From IMG/VR virus record IMGVR_UViG_3300021962_000058, positions 1 through 64,000 of that record: 64,000 nt of DNA; one strand, written 5' to 3'. Source of the DNA: a virus. Position numbers and translations under genes: made by a program. The notes beneath the pieces are model-generated. The model saw nothing but the letters and a program-made list of their open reading frames with translations, was not told where the DNA came from and searched no databases. Below, piece by piece: positions 1 to 9,100 of this stretch (positions within the stretch are counted from its first letter, which is position 1; each line of letters opens with the position of its first letter).

Positions 1-5
1 AACTG

Positions 6-325
6 ATGACCAACAAAGAAATCCTTGAACTTGCTAAATCCTGTGGGTTTGATAGTTTTACTGGTGAAAAAGGTGATTACTGGGAGTGTTGGGAAGAACA
101 ACTCTTGGAGTTTGCTTGGGAAATCTATAGAAACTTTTGTGATGAAAAATGACTGAAACCAAATACCTAGTCAGTTGGAAATCAGACACTCAACGCACTC
201 GTAAAGAAGCATATTTTGATACTCTTTGGGGTGCTGAAACTTGGTATAATGAGAAACTAACGGAGGGTAAGAAACCAAAACTCTGGCAGGAAGAAACCAC
301 CACGATTTTGAGGAAACTACGATAA
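6..325 (+). CDS. two small hypothetical proteins (6..152, 48 aa; 149..325, 58 aa)
   Basis: Hand-translated ORFs below the track cut-off; ATGA/TAATG translational coupling with neighbours. Confidence 0.6.
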
Positions 326-519
326 TGCCATTCTTTCCAGACTGCTACGACGAGTGGGGACTTTATAAGATTACCTACGATGGAGACCACAAGATGTATG
401 AAATGCTATTTGAGGGCACAGAAGAAGAGTGTCGTCAATATGCTTATGATAACTATACAGACAAGGAGCAAACTAATATGTGCCTGATGGATTGGGAAGC
501 AAGGGAATGGGATGTATGA
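325..519 (+). CDS. hypothetical phage protein
   Basis: 64-aa ORF, coupled to neighbours. Confidence 0.7.
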   Translation: MPFFPDCYDEWGLYKITYDGDHKMYEMLFEGTEEECRQYAYDNYTDKEQTNMCLMDWEAREWDV

Positions 520-782
520 CTCTTGAAGAAATCCTAGAAGAATACGGACAGGAAGTATTAGACACATACTACGAACTGTTTCCCGATAAAGACCTAGAAA
601 GGTTTGGTGATAGGTTCTGTGGTCCTGTTGGTGATTATGCAGACTTTGTGTTAGACTGTTATTATTCAACTGGTAGTGATGAACTTGAGTCTATTGAAGA
701 CTTTGAAAACGGAGTCTTTCAAGAGTATTATTACTACGATCATAAAACCTCAACTGGATTTGTGTTTTACAATGAACGATGA
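516..782 (+). CDS. acidic hypothetical protein, weakly ArdA-like
   Basis: ATG 516 overlaps previous stop; very D/E-rich; segment FGDRFCGPVGDYADFV resembles ERFQGWYESEADFA of the ArdA-like ORF at 24115. Confidence 0.6.
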   Translation: MTLEEILEEYGQEVLDTYYELFPDKDLERFGDRFCGPVGDYADFVLDCYYSTGSDELESIEDFENGVFQEYYYYDHKTSTGFVFYNER

Positions 783-1557
783 TATGCCCTGGGTAGACCT
801 CACACCAGAAGAAATCCAAGAACTCCGCATTAAAAAACAAGAACTCACAGAATACGGCAAACAGAAAATCCGAGAACTTATGAATGATGGTAAGTTGAGG
901 TTTTATGATAAAGGAAAAGAAACTCTCACAATTGATGATAGTTCTTGTGGAAAAAACCAAACTCCAGAAATGAAACTAGAGGTCAAAGAAATGACACACG
1001 AAGAAATGCTTGAAGAAGCAGCAAAAAGAGAGAAAGAAAATGAAGTATTAAAGATTGCCATTGACTTTATTGAAGAGCATTCAGAAGCAATGAAACAACT
1101 TCGTAAGATTGAACATGAAGAACTGATTGAAGAACTACAAGCAAAGAAGAAAGAAAACTTCCAGCTGGTTGCTAATGCTTGTATGAAAGAATATGAGCAG
1201 AAGTATCATCGTGACGTATTTCCAGTAGATGAACACTGGGTTTATATGGTTTCTGAATACTTCGGAACTGGTGAAGGTCAAACCGTTTGTGTTATGATGA
1301 CACAGGCAAATCCTGGTCATCCTGAAGATTTTGAAACATCTACCAATAAGTATGTTGCTTGTACTACACAGCAATATCGTGCTGTTAGAGCATTCCACGA
1401 GCAGTTTGGCACTTGGTATCTTCATGGTCTCAGATTCCTCAGTAAAGAAGATTTCTTCGGTGAATATTCATACTACATTCCTCCTGCGATGATGAAGCTA
1501 CTCAATAGAAGTTGCTTTAAAGACTTCTACACCCGTGTTCACTATAACTTTTCATGA
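772..1557 (+). CDS. hypothetical phage protein
   Basis: Long ORF; ATG 772 preferred over 676 because it avoids a long overlap with the previous gene. Confidence 0.7.
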   Translation: MNDDMPWVDLTPEEIQELRIKKQELTEYGKQKIRELMNDGKLRFYDKGKETLTIDDSSCGKNQTPEMKLEVKEMTHEEMLEEAAKREKENEVLKIAIDFIEEHSEAMKQLRKIEHEELIEELQAKKKENFQLVANACMKEYEQKYHRDVFPVDEHWVYMVSEYFGTGEGQTVCVMMTQANPGHPEDFETSTNKYVACTTQQYRAVRAFHEQFGTWYLHGLRFLSKEDFFGEYSYYIPPAMMKLLNRSCFKDFYTRVHYNFS

Positions 1558-1850
1558 CTTACAAACTCAACGAAGAAGCAAAAGCATTCTCATATACTCG
1601 TGAAGAGTTGTTTGAATGTATCACTAAAATTGTAGCACATCCTCATAAGACTATCACAGAACACGATAAATCCCGTGCTATGGCAATCTTCCTGACCTTT
1701 TCCGATTACTTAGATAACTATACAGAAAGTGACAATAGTGGTGGATTCTGTGTTTATGAGAGTGACAATACTGACTTTGAAGGTTATGTAATGGGACTAA
1801 TGAATGAAGAACTTCACGGATATTTGAAAGCAGATGAGGTTTTGAAATGA
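1554..1850 (+). CDS. hypothetical phage protein
   Basis: 98-aa ORF, ATGA coupling. Confidence 0.75.
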   Translation: MTYKLNEEAKAFSYTREELFECITKIVAHPHKTITEHDKSRAMAIFLTFSDYLDNYTESDNSGGFCVYESDNTDFEGYVMGLMNEELHGYLKADEVLK

Positions 1851-2032
1851 GTCGTTTTACTGAAAATCCAGATGAAATTGTACTTCAAGACATTCAAATG
1901 TTTCATCTTGAAAGTATGAATGAACGTACACTTTGGATTGGGGTTTATGATGATGATGGTAAAATCTATCACTTGAATATTTCCGCAGATGGTGATAAAC
2001 TGAGATACTATTGGAGTGATGAAACGCCGTGA
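1847..2032 (+). CDS. hypothetical phage protein
   Basis: 61-aa ORF, ATGA coupling. Confidence 0.7.
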   Translation: MSRFTENPDEIVLQDIQMFHLESMNERTLWIGVYDDDGKIYHLNISADGDKLRYYWSDETP

Positions 2033-2250
2033 GGTTTGAAAATCCAACAAAACTTGAACTCTTCCTTGATGGTTTTCATAACTTCTGGTATGCTTTGGAT
2101 AGTTATGATACTATAGAGCACTTCCCTGATGACTTCTGGGAGGCACTTTCTTATGGATGGATGCAGATGGAAATTTATGATTATGATGACCCATTTAATC
2201 CATCTGTATTAAGTAAACAAAGGAAAATGTTGTATGGGATTTATGAATAA
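2029..2250 (+). CDS. hypothetical phage protein
   Basis: 73-aa ORF, GTGA coupling. Confidence 0.7.
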   Translation: MRFENPTKLELFLDGFHNFWYALDSYDTIEHFPDDFWEALSYGWMQMEIYDYDDPFNPSVLSKQRKMLYGIYE

Positions 2251-2260
2251 ATAAAAATAC

Positions 2261-2351
2261 CTAATTTGGTGGTTCTTTTTAGGTTGGGATAAAGCACCTT
2301 CGGGTGCTTTTCCTGTATAAATACTAATAACCACCAAATTAGAGTAGAACT
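2261..2351 (+). promoter_or_regulatory. T4-type late promoter (TATAAATA 2316-2323) inside an RBS-sequestering hairpin leader
   Basis: 14-bp inverted repeat 2261-2274/2329-2342; inner UUCG hairpin 2291-2310. Confidence 0.8.
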
Positions 2352-3011
2352 ATGGAAACTCCCAAGGAGTATTACTATACCTATTATTCTTATGAAGAAT
2401 GGGGTAGAGGTTATATAGGAAGTAGATTATGTTGCTGCTTACCTGAAGAAGATGTAAAGTATTTTGGTTCCTTCAAAGATAAAACATTCAAACCAACACA
2501 CAAAATAATACTCAAAAGTGGTTATTCCACAAGAGAGGAAGCATATGCTGATGAAATTATTTTGCAACATTATTATAAGGTAGTTGAAAATCCACATTTT
2601 GTTAATAAAGCATACCAAACCTCCACAAAATTTTATGTTCCAAGAAAACAAGCAATAGAATATGCTAAAAAAGGTGGATTAAAAAATAAAGAAAATCTTA
2701 CTGGTTTTTGTGGTCGCACAAAGGAAAAAATGAGAGAAGATGGAAAAAGAAATTATGAAATGGGTATAGGTATTCACGCACTAACTAAAGAAGAAAAAGG
2801 TGCTGCTGGTAAAAAGGGTGGATTAAAAAATAAAGAAAATGGAACTGGAATATGTGGTATTTCTTTAGAACAAAGGAGTAAAACTACTACAAAAACAAAT
2901 TTGCAAAGATGGATATGTACTGAAACTGGATTTGTAACTAATGCTGGAAATCTCTCAAGATATCAAAGAGCAAGAGGAATAGATACATCTAAAAGAAAAA
3001 GAATATCATAA
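2352..3011 (+). CDS. free-standing GIY-YIG (Seg-like) homing endonuclease
   Basis: N-terminal YTY...GYIGS motif, conserved E and N; GKKGG repeats; paralogous to 9101..9850. Confidence 0.75.
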   Translation: METPKEYYYTYYSYEEWGRGYIGSRLCCCLPEEDVKYFGSFKDKTFKPTHKIILKSGYSTREEAYADEIILQHYYKVVENPHFVNKAYQTSTKFYVPRKQAIEYAKKGGLKNKENLTGFCGRTKEKMREDGKRNYEMGIGIHALTKEEKGAAGKKGGLKNKENGTGICGISLEQRSKTTTKTNLQRWICTETGFVTNAGNLSRYQRARGIDTSKRKRIS

Positions 3012-3014
3012 GGG

Positions 3015-3073
3015 ATAGACGGTTCGCATACTGGAACATATCACTTGATTATGTGTTCTGCCTGTGTTATGAT
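3015..3073 (+). promoter_or_regulatory. box-type promoter (degenerate 24-bp palindrome, TTGATT-17-TATGAT)
   Basis: ATAGACGGTT-CGCA-TACTGGAACA ends 29 nt before TATGAT at 3068. Confidence 0.6.
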
Positions 3074-3095
3074 ACTTTCATAGATAAAAACAAAA

Positions 3096-3299
3096 ATGAA
3101 CTTTCTACTGCCATTATGGTATAAGTTTCAAGAGTGGAGATATGAAAGAAAATGTCTCAAACATCTTGGTATAAAACCCACAAAGATGTATGTAAGTAAA
3201 GAAGCATATGATGCTCTTATAGAAGCAATCAATAAACCACCAGAATATAACGAAAAGATTGCTAGATTATTAAGTCGTAAAGCACCTTGGGATGATTAA
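3096..3299 (+). CDS. hypothetical phage protein
   Basis: 67-aa ORF directly downstream of promoter. Confidence 0.65.
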   Translation: MNFLLPLWYKFQEWRYERKCLKHLGIKPTKMYVSKEAYDALIEAINKPPEYNEKIARLLSRKAPWDD

Positions 3300-3455
3300 A
3301 ATGTTTGAAACTAAAACATCTTGGTGGTTTGAAAAACAATACCGCAAAACTTGGTTAAATCGTGCTCAATCCAAACTAGAAGAAGTTGTAGAACGACACG
3401 ATGATGATATTGAACAGATTGGGCGAAGAATTCGTTATTTGGAGGATGAACTACC

Positions 3456-3671
3456 GTGACTACTGAACTACCTGAACTCTTTCAACAAACTTGTGACAAA
3501 CTGTATGATCGCCATCATTATAAGTTGGTGTATACTAATGGTCAGTCAGTCATTCTAGATGATTATATGGATGTACAAGCCCATTGGTTTCAAACACCAG
3601 CACAGTTTTTAAGTCACGTTGAAGTTCTTGACATTCCCCAAAAGAAAAGGAAAAGGAAGGGATTCCAATGA
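3456..3671 (+). CDS. hypothetical phage protein
   Basis: 71-aa ORF, coupled to a 52-aa ORF at 3301..3459. Confidence 0.7.
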   Translation: MTTELPELFQQTCDKLYDRHHYKLVYTNGQSVILDDYMDVQAHWFQTPAQFLSHVEVLDIPQKKRKRKGFQ

Positions 3672-3862
3672 TTTCTATCTACGATATTATGCACGATGAG
3701 CAACGTTATGGTTGGGTTGTAGACAAACGCTATGACTGGATTAATATGCTCACTAAAATGCAAAGGAACAACCCTCTTCGTTTCAAAGAGTTTAAGTATT
3801 CGCAAGAAACTATCTATCATTACTTAGATAGACTACAACAAGAACAAAATCTCTATGACTGA
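3668..3862 (+). CDS. hypothetical phage protein
   Basis: 64-aa ORF, ATGA coupling. Confidence 0.7.
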   Translation: MISIYDIMHDEQRYGWVVDKRYDWINMLTKMQRNNPLRFKEFKYSQETIYHYLDRLQQEQNLYD

Positions 3863-4043
3863 CACTGGATTTGAAAGTTGGTTTGATGAACTAGAAGGAT
3901 ACTCTTTTCGTTCTGAAAGATTTTATGATGACTTTGACTATGCAGCGAAGACAGGAGATTATAAAAAGATTATCAAGTGGTTGCAGGCTGCATATGATGT
4001 GGGATATAATGATGGACAACGACTTTATGGAGGAACAGAATGA
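3855..4043 (+). CDS. hypothetical phage protein
   Basis: 62-aa ORF. Confidence 0.7.
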   Translation: MTDTGFESWFDELEGYSFRSERFYDDFDYAAKTGDYKKIIKWLQAAYDVGYNDGQRLYGGTE

Positions 4044-4537
4044 ACTTTACCCCTGAACAATATAAACTAATCTTTACTGCTGTTCGTCGATATCAGTTTG
4101 AAAAGACTATTCTAGATAGTAAAGAATATCATGAATGTGGTGAAATACTTGACGAACTATTTAATGTAGTATACACACAAAAACAAGAACAAGTGACTTA
4201 AAATGCAATTTTCAAACGAAGAGATTGAACTTCTCATTGATGCCTCTTGGAGGCGGCAGAGGTGCTTTATTGCAGGGGATAGACGTTTCAAGGAGTATGG
4301 TGCTATACTGGATAAGTTACGGGCAATGATCCCGTACAACTACGTAATTGATGAGTTTAAGTGATGGATTACACCGAAGAATTTCCTTTTGATCAGTTTC
4401 CCTGGAAGTTGATCCATAAAGATGGAAAAGAAACACGCAAATGTTACTTTCAAACTGAAGAACATCGCAAGAAACACATTGAACGCTACAACCTTAAAAA
4501 GAAAGACATTCAATTGAGTTATAAGTATGACAACTAG
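4040..4537 (+). CDS. three small hypothetical proteins (4040..4201, 4203..4364, 4364..4537)
   Basis: Hand-translated 53, 53 and 57 aa ORFs tiling the + strand. Confidence 0.6.
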
Positions 4538-4635
4538 AACTTTTATCGACAAGAATGGAAATTCCTGGGAATGGGAAGAAACTCCTGAAACTATTGAGGC
4601 ACTGAAACAACTTCATGAAACTGTAAAGCAAGTAA

Positions 4636-4845
4636 ATGAGCGAAAAGAAACTAATTGACGAATGCTTCTATGTGGAGCAAAAAAGATATGGTCTTTGGGA
4701 TTCAACCGATCTTGAAGGTAAAGGACTGATCACATCTTTGACCGAAGAGGAATGTGTGAGAGCAACACGATTTTACTTAAAAGGACTCCAAGAGGGTTGG
4801 CCTGAAACTAAAACTTATGAAGGTCAAGTAGGTGGAAAACTCTGA
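4636..4845 (+). CDS. hypothetical phage protein
   Basis: 69-aa ORF. Confidence 0.7.
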   Translation: MSEKKLIDECFYVEQKRYGLWDSTDLEGKGLITSLTEEECVRATRFYLKGLQEGWPETKTYEGQVGGKL

Positions 4846-4992
4846 TTATCCATATCACGTTTTAGATCCTACTACTCCTTGGTATGAGTGGTTGTGTTAC
4901 TGTGAAATTTGTCATCAATTGAATGTTCCCAATCAACCAAAGTGGCAAAGATATGCTGCTTATCGTAACTATTTGAAAGAAGTCGGTGTTTT

Positions 4993-5208
4993 ATGAAAAA
5001 ATTCATTGAATGGTTTCTTTCTCCATCAATCGAACCAATCCTAGAAATTGATGATGTATATTCTAAACTTATTGAACTAGAAAATCGTATCATTAAGTTA
5101 GAAGAGGAAAATGTAGAAACTACAAACGAACTCTATCGTATGGAAAATTCTCTTGATGCTCGCATAGATATTCTTGCCGAGCATTGTAGGATTGATTACG
5201 ATGTATGA
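4993..5208 (+). CDS. hypothetical coiled-coil protein
   Basis: Heptad pattern LIELENRIIKLEEE. Confidence 0.7.
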   Translation: MKKFIEWFLSPSIEPILEIDDVYSKLIELENRIIKLEEENVETTNELYRMENSLDARIDILAEHCRIDYDV

Positions 5209-5380
5209 ACTAGATGACTTTGAAAAAGCACTTGCACATTTTGGAACAAGAGTAGATGTTATCATAGCAATGGAAATGGGGGGAAAGTTTGATGCTGAAA
5301 CTGCTTACAAAAATATTAAGATGGAACTCAAAGAACTCAAAAGAATTCGAAAGTCCATCAAAAAAGACAAGGATTTGTGA
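5200..5380 (+). CDS. hypothetical phage protein (start approximate, MYELDDF)
   Basis: Track ORF 5174..5380; internal ATG overlapping previous stop is more plausible. Confidence 0.6.
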
Positions 5381-5495
5381 TAAGTGTGGTGTAGAAAAAC
5401 CACTTGATAAAGATCATTATGATGTTGTAAAGTATTTCCGTGATGGATATTCGTATTACTGTCACGATTGTTCTAAACCAAAACCAAGAGATTGA
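5289..5495 (+). CDS. small CxxC...CxxC zinc-finger-like protein (start uncertain)
   Basis: CDKC...CHDC in the C-terminal part. Confidence 0.45.
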   Translation: MMLKLLTKILRWNSKNSKEFESPSKKTRICDKCGVEKPLDKDHYDVVKYFRDGYSYYCHDCSKPKPRD

Positions 5496-5642
5496 TGGAA
5501 GACACGCTTAAAATAACACAGAATGAGGATGGATCATTCACGATGGACTGGGATCCAAAAGACCCAAAGTGGGAATGGTTAAATGGGTTGACTTCCAAAG
5601 AAATCCAGGTTATTATGGAGGACGCAATCAAAGACTACATCA

Positions 5643-6191
5643 ATGACCTTTGACTATAAAAAGTATTCTCTTGAAAACTTGAAAACTTGGATGCAAGATG
5701 CTGTTTCTACTAGCGAGGCATCCCCACAAGAAATCTTTGATGTTATTAAAGAAGTAGTTCAAGAAGAATATTATACTTTCAAACACCACACATCACGTTG
5801 TTATGAACTTCTTTCTCTTCTGAATGGAAATGGTCAATCCTATGAAGATGTTATGAAAGAAAGAGAATACTATGAACCATCTATGCCACCTTGGGGTCAC
5901 AGTGATTTGGAAGCACTTCGTTATACCGAAGAAGAACTGAATGCGATGTGCGACAAAGCAGCATCGGACGAAGAAAAGCAGCAGTGTCAAGAATATAATC
6001 TGCGTGAGGCAGAATATTATGACAACAAAAAGAAATGGGTTCTTCCTGTTGAACTTGATGGTCCAAGTGGTGAGTATTTTATAACCTTTCCAGATGATTT
6101 GCAGCAAATTTCTGGAATCCATGAAGGTGATGAAGTGCAATGGATTGACAATAAAGATGGATCATATACACTACGCAAAGTTACCAAATAA
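5643..6191 (+). CDS. protein with C-terminal AbrB/MazE-like DNA-binding domain
   Basis: GEYFITFPDDLQQISGIHEGDEVQWIDNKDGSYTLRK fits the swapped-hairpin pattern. Confidence 0.65.
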   Translation: MTFDYKKYSLENLKTWMQDAVSTSEASPQEIFDVIKEVVQEEYYTFKHHTSRCYELLSLLNGNGQSYEDVMKEREYYEPSMPPWGHSDLEALRYTEEELNAMCDKAASDEEKQQCQEYNLREAEYYDNKKKWVLPVELDGPSGEYFITFPDDLQQISGIHEGDEVQWIDNKDGSYTLRKVTK

Positions 6192-6347
6192 TGGTAGAAA
6201 CTCTTATCTGTGGTTATAATATATTCTGTCATGTAAAAAATGTGATAGAATATCCAAGAATACAAACGCCTGTGATAAGATATTATGAACCAGGCAAATC
6301 CTGTTATGTAAACGGAACTTTTTATACTAAATGTGAGGACAGATTAA

Positions 6348-6578
6348 ATGGCATTAAGTGAATCAGTTGAACAAAGTTTGAAAGAAGCAGAAGCAAGTTT
6401 GCGTAACGCACTTGCATATGCCGCACGTCAAGAACGACCAATGGTTTGTAGTGTTGTTGCCGATATGATTTCTCGTATCGATACTCTGATGTCAACAGAT
6501 GCACTTCTGGATAAACTAGAAAATCGTAAACCTGGCGACTCTGGTATGTTTGGAAACTTTTTTCAAGATATGGGTTGA
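6348..6578 (+). CDS. hypothetical phage protein
   Basis: 76-aa ORF with GAGGA RBS. Confidence 0.75.
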   Translation: MALSESVEQSLKEAEASLRNALAYAARQERPMVCSVVADMISRIDTLMSTDALLDKLENRKPGDSGMFGNFFQDMG

Positions 6579-6829
6579 TGGCAACACCAAAAGACTTTGA
6601 TGGTAAGTTTACTTTAAAAAAAAGTAACGGACTTGACTTTCTACCAGAAGATGAAAGTGATGTATTCACTGTTTGGTTTTTTAGGAGAGAAAAAGAAACT
6701 AAATCTCTTAAAGAGTTTCTAAATGCTTTGGATCCAGAAAACATTGGATATGATAAACCATCAAATCAATTGTTTTATAGATCTCCATCTTCTAAACTGT
6801 ATCGCATAGATTTTACAGAAGTTAAATGA
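6575..6829 (+). CDS. hypothetical phage protein
   Basis: 84-aa ORF, coupled. Confidence 0.65.
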   Translation: MMATPKDFDGKFTLKKSNGLDFLPEDESDVFTVWFFRREKETKSLKEFLNALDPENIGYDKPSNQLFYRSPSSKLYRIDFTEVK

Positions 6830-7188
6830 CTGAACAACAACCTAATGATTTTGATAAATCACTAAAAGACTGGTGGGACTCTGATGCTTTCAAAGAAATG
6901 CAGAGAGCAAATCAAGAAGCAAAAGAACGAGCAATAGGAAAATACTTTATGCTATCTGAAAAAGATAGGATTGACATGGTAGAGGCAATCACTCATATTA
7001 TGTGCAAAGCAGAAAGTGAGGGAACTTCTCATCGTGGACTACAATCTGCATTAGGAATTTATCCTGCTGGTTTTTGGGTTGATCACTTGATGGATGTTCA
7101 CAATGCTTTGTGGTCTTATTATAATGATCAAAAGAAAGAACAAGAACTCAAAGATGATTTAGATGCTCTTGATGATTTTGTTAAGTAG
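6826..7188 (+). CDS. hypothetical phage protein
   Basis: 120-aa ORF, coupled. Confidence 0.75.
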   Translation: MTEQQPNDFDKSLKDWWDSDAFKEMQRANQEAKERAIGKYFMLSEKDRIDMVEAITHIMCKAESEGTSHRGLQSALGIYPAGFWVDHLMDVHNALWSYYNDQKKEQELKDDLDALDDFVK

Positions 7189-7273
7189 TGTAACGTGATC
7201 CCGAAGAAAACATTAAGTTTCTAGATAGTAGTATATTGAAATGCTAACATTGGGACACATCGCAAAAAAACAA

Positions 7274-7480
7274 ATGACTTTGCCGAAAACAAGCACCGAA
7301 ACTCTTACGGAAGAAGAGTGGAATGAACTTGTAGCACTAAAAGATGCGATTAGTTACGCTCCACAAACAGTTTCTGCTGAAAAAATGGAAAAGTTTGCAG
7401 AATTAATGGTTCGTACACTTGAAGGTAAATGTGATCCACCGCCACCTAAAAATTGGCGTGGTAATCCTTTGAGTGAATGA
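7274..7480 (+). CDS. hypothetical protein
   Basis: Track ORF 7241..7480; second ATG (MTLPK) more plausible. Confidence 0.65.
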   Translation: MTLPKTSTETLTEEEWNELVALKDAISYAPQTVSAEKMEKFAELMVRTLEGKCDPPPPKNWRGNPLSE

Positions 7481-7512
7481 AAAAAATAAATATATCATCA
7501 CGCTACAAAACT

Positions 7513-7725
7513 ATGGATAACATCGACCAACATATTCAGAAGGATGAAGATCTTCTGAGTGATCCTTTGATTTCTCCACAGTCAAGAAGACACACTGAGG
7601 AAGAATTGGAGGCGTTGAAAGCATACAAAGCAAATCACCCAGAAGATACTCACGATCCCACAGCATTGGAATTGTACTGTGATGCAAACCCAAATGCACT
7701 TGAATGTAGAGTTTACGAAGACTGA
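7513..7725 (+). CDS. cp12: CP12 Calvin-cycle inhibitor (cyanophage type)
   Basis: C-terminal LELYCDANPNALECRVYED signature; AATAAATA late-promoter-like element at 7485-7492. Confidence 0.93.
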   Translation: MDNIDQHIQKDEDLLSDPLISPQSRRHTEEELEALKAYKANHPEDTHDPTALELYCDANPNALECRVYED

Positions 7726-7757
7726 AAAATAAATAATTTTAGTTATTACATATAAAA

Positions 7758-7904
7758 ATGTCTAGATTCACTGATCTACTTCAAGAACCAACTCCTGCAC
7801 CAGAACCAACACCAGCACCAGAACCTGTAAAGGTTAATAATGTTGTAGAGTTGAAACCAAAGGCAGAAGTTAAGACTACAAAGAAAAATTTCACAATGGA
7901 CTGA
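7758..7904 (+). CDS. small Pro-rich hypothetical protein
   Basis: Hand-translated 48 aa (EPTPAPEPTPAPEP); AATAAATA at 7728-7735. Confidence 0.6.
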   Translation: MSRFTDLLQEPTPAPEPTPAPEPVKVNNVVELKPKAEVKTTKKNFTMD

Positions 7905-7963
7905 GTGACAGTCTAAAAAGTGGCACAAGGGGCATCCTGGTTCGCTGGGGTGCCCCTTATAAT
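7904..7963 (+). promoter_or_regulatory. box-type promoter with GC hairpin
   Basis: AGTGACAGTC-TAAA-AAGTGGCACA, hairpin AGGGGCATCC...GGGGTGCCCCT, TATAAT 30 nt after the box. Confidence 0.8.
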
Positions 7964-7988
7964 ATATGGGTAATCAACAAACGCCCCA

Positions 7989-8405
7989 ATGGCAACCCGC
8001 TCCCGCATTGGTATCGAACTCGCTGATGGTTCTATTCTTTCTGCTTATTCTCATTGGGATGGTTATCCTGAGTGGATGGGACGCATTCTTCGCACTCACT
8101 ATAACACCAAAGAGAAAGTAGCAGAACTGATTGACGGTGGTGATATGAGTTCTCCTTGGACTGAGGATCGTTGGAACAGTGAGACTAAGGCACAAGAATA
8201 CGGTCCTCAATACTATTCTCAGCGTGGTGAAGATTGCCCTCCCCGCCACGATGCCGACCTCTGTGAGTATCTTCTGCCTGCTAATGGTGAAGAGTATCAC
8301 TATGTCTTCCGCAATGGTGAATGGGTGTGCTACAATATGAACTGCTATGTGGAAAGCAAACTTCCCGAAATCGTTGAAATTCCTTCCGCTGCTCTTGCTG
8401 TTTGA
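7989..8405 (+). CDS. conserved phage hypothetical protein (TRS.IG...HWDGYP type)
   Basis: 138-aa ORF after promoter. Confidence 0.8.
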   Translation: MATRSRIGIELADGSILSAYSHWDGYPEWMGRILRTHYNTKEKVAELIDGGDMSSPWTEDRWNSETKAQEYGPQYYSQRGEDCPPRHDADLCEYLLPANGEEYHYVFRNGEWVCYNMNCYVESKLPEIVEIPSAALAV

Positions 8406-8408
8406 TCT

Positions 8409-8594
8409 ATGAAAACTTCTACTGCTCTTGGTATTGGATTTGGCATTCTTGTGATTGCCGTTGCCAGTGTATTCCTACAAACATGGGTGCTTGGCATTAT
8501 TCTGTCTTGGTTTAATGTGACCCTGACATTCTGGCAGAACTTCCTTATTATTCTGCTTGCTAACTCTTTCCGAACTAACGTATCTTCTAAGTGA
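8409..8594 (+). CDS. small membrane protein
   Basis: Two hydrophobic segments. Confidence 0.7.
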   Translation: MKTSTALGIGFGILVIAVASVFLQTWVLGIILSWFNVTLTFWQNFLIILLANSFRTNVSSK

Positions 8595-8596
8595 TT

Positions 8597-9001
8597 ATGA
8601 AACAACAAAACGGATTTGCTGACCCCGCAGTGGTCGCTATTGCTGTCGGTGTGGTTGTGATTGGTGGTCTTGCTTTTGGTCTCCCACAATACGGTGTTTA
8701 TACCAAAACCTTAAATGGTAAGGGTCAACTTTTAGAAGCAGAATATACCAGAAAAGTTTCTGTATTAGAAGCACAAGCAAAACTTGATTCTGCTGAAAAG
8801 TTGAAGCAAGTTCGTATTATTGAGGCACAAGCACTTGCCGAGTCTAATAAGATTATTGGAGCAAGTCTGAAGAATAATCCTGAATACCTGACTTTCCTTC
8901 AGATTCAAAATATTCAAGAGGGTGCAGAAAAAGGCAATAAGATTTACTTTGTTGCTCCTAATCAAGCGGGTGTTCCTGTTTTGACAGAACCAACTAAATA
9001 A
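8597..9001 (+). CDS. membrane-anchored SPFH/band-7-like coiled-coil protein
   Basis: N-terminal TM helix, EA-rich coiled coil, AESNKIIGASLKNNPEYL motif. Confidence 0.6.
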   Translation: MKQQNGFADPAVVAIAVGVVVIGGLAFGLPQYGVYTKTLNGKGQLLEAEYTRKVSVLEAQAKLDSAEKLKQVRIIEAQALAESNKIIGASLKNNPEYLTFLQIQNIQEGAEKGNKIYFVAPNQAGVPVLTEPTK

Positions 9002-9007
9002 TAATAC

Positions 9008-9100
9008 CTTGAGATGGTCGCACATTTAAGGTAGGAAGAGGGGTAGAAATGCCCCTTTTCTTGTATAAATATTTTTTGCGACTATCTTAAGAGTAGAACT
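9008..9100 (+). promoter_or_regulatory. T4-type late promoter (TATAAATA 9064-9071) inside an RBS-sequestering hairpin leader
   Basis: 15-bp stem 9008-9022/9077-9091 with two G-U pairs; inner GAAA hairpin 9036-9059. Confidence 0.8.

Noticed and set aside
7186-7240. Possible NtcA or Pho box upstream of ORF 7274
   Set aside because: GTA lacks TAC at N8 and no clear 11-bp direct repeat
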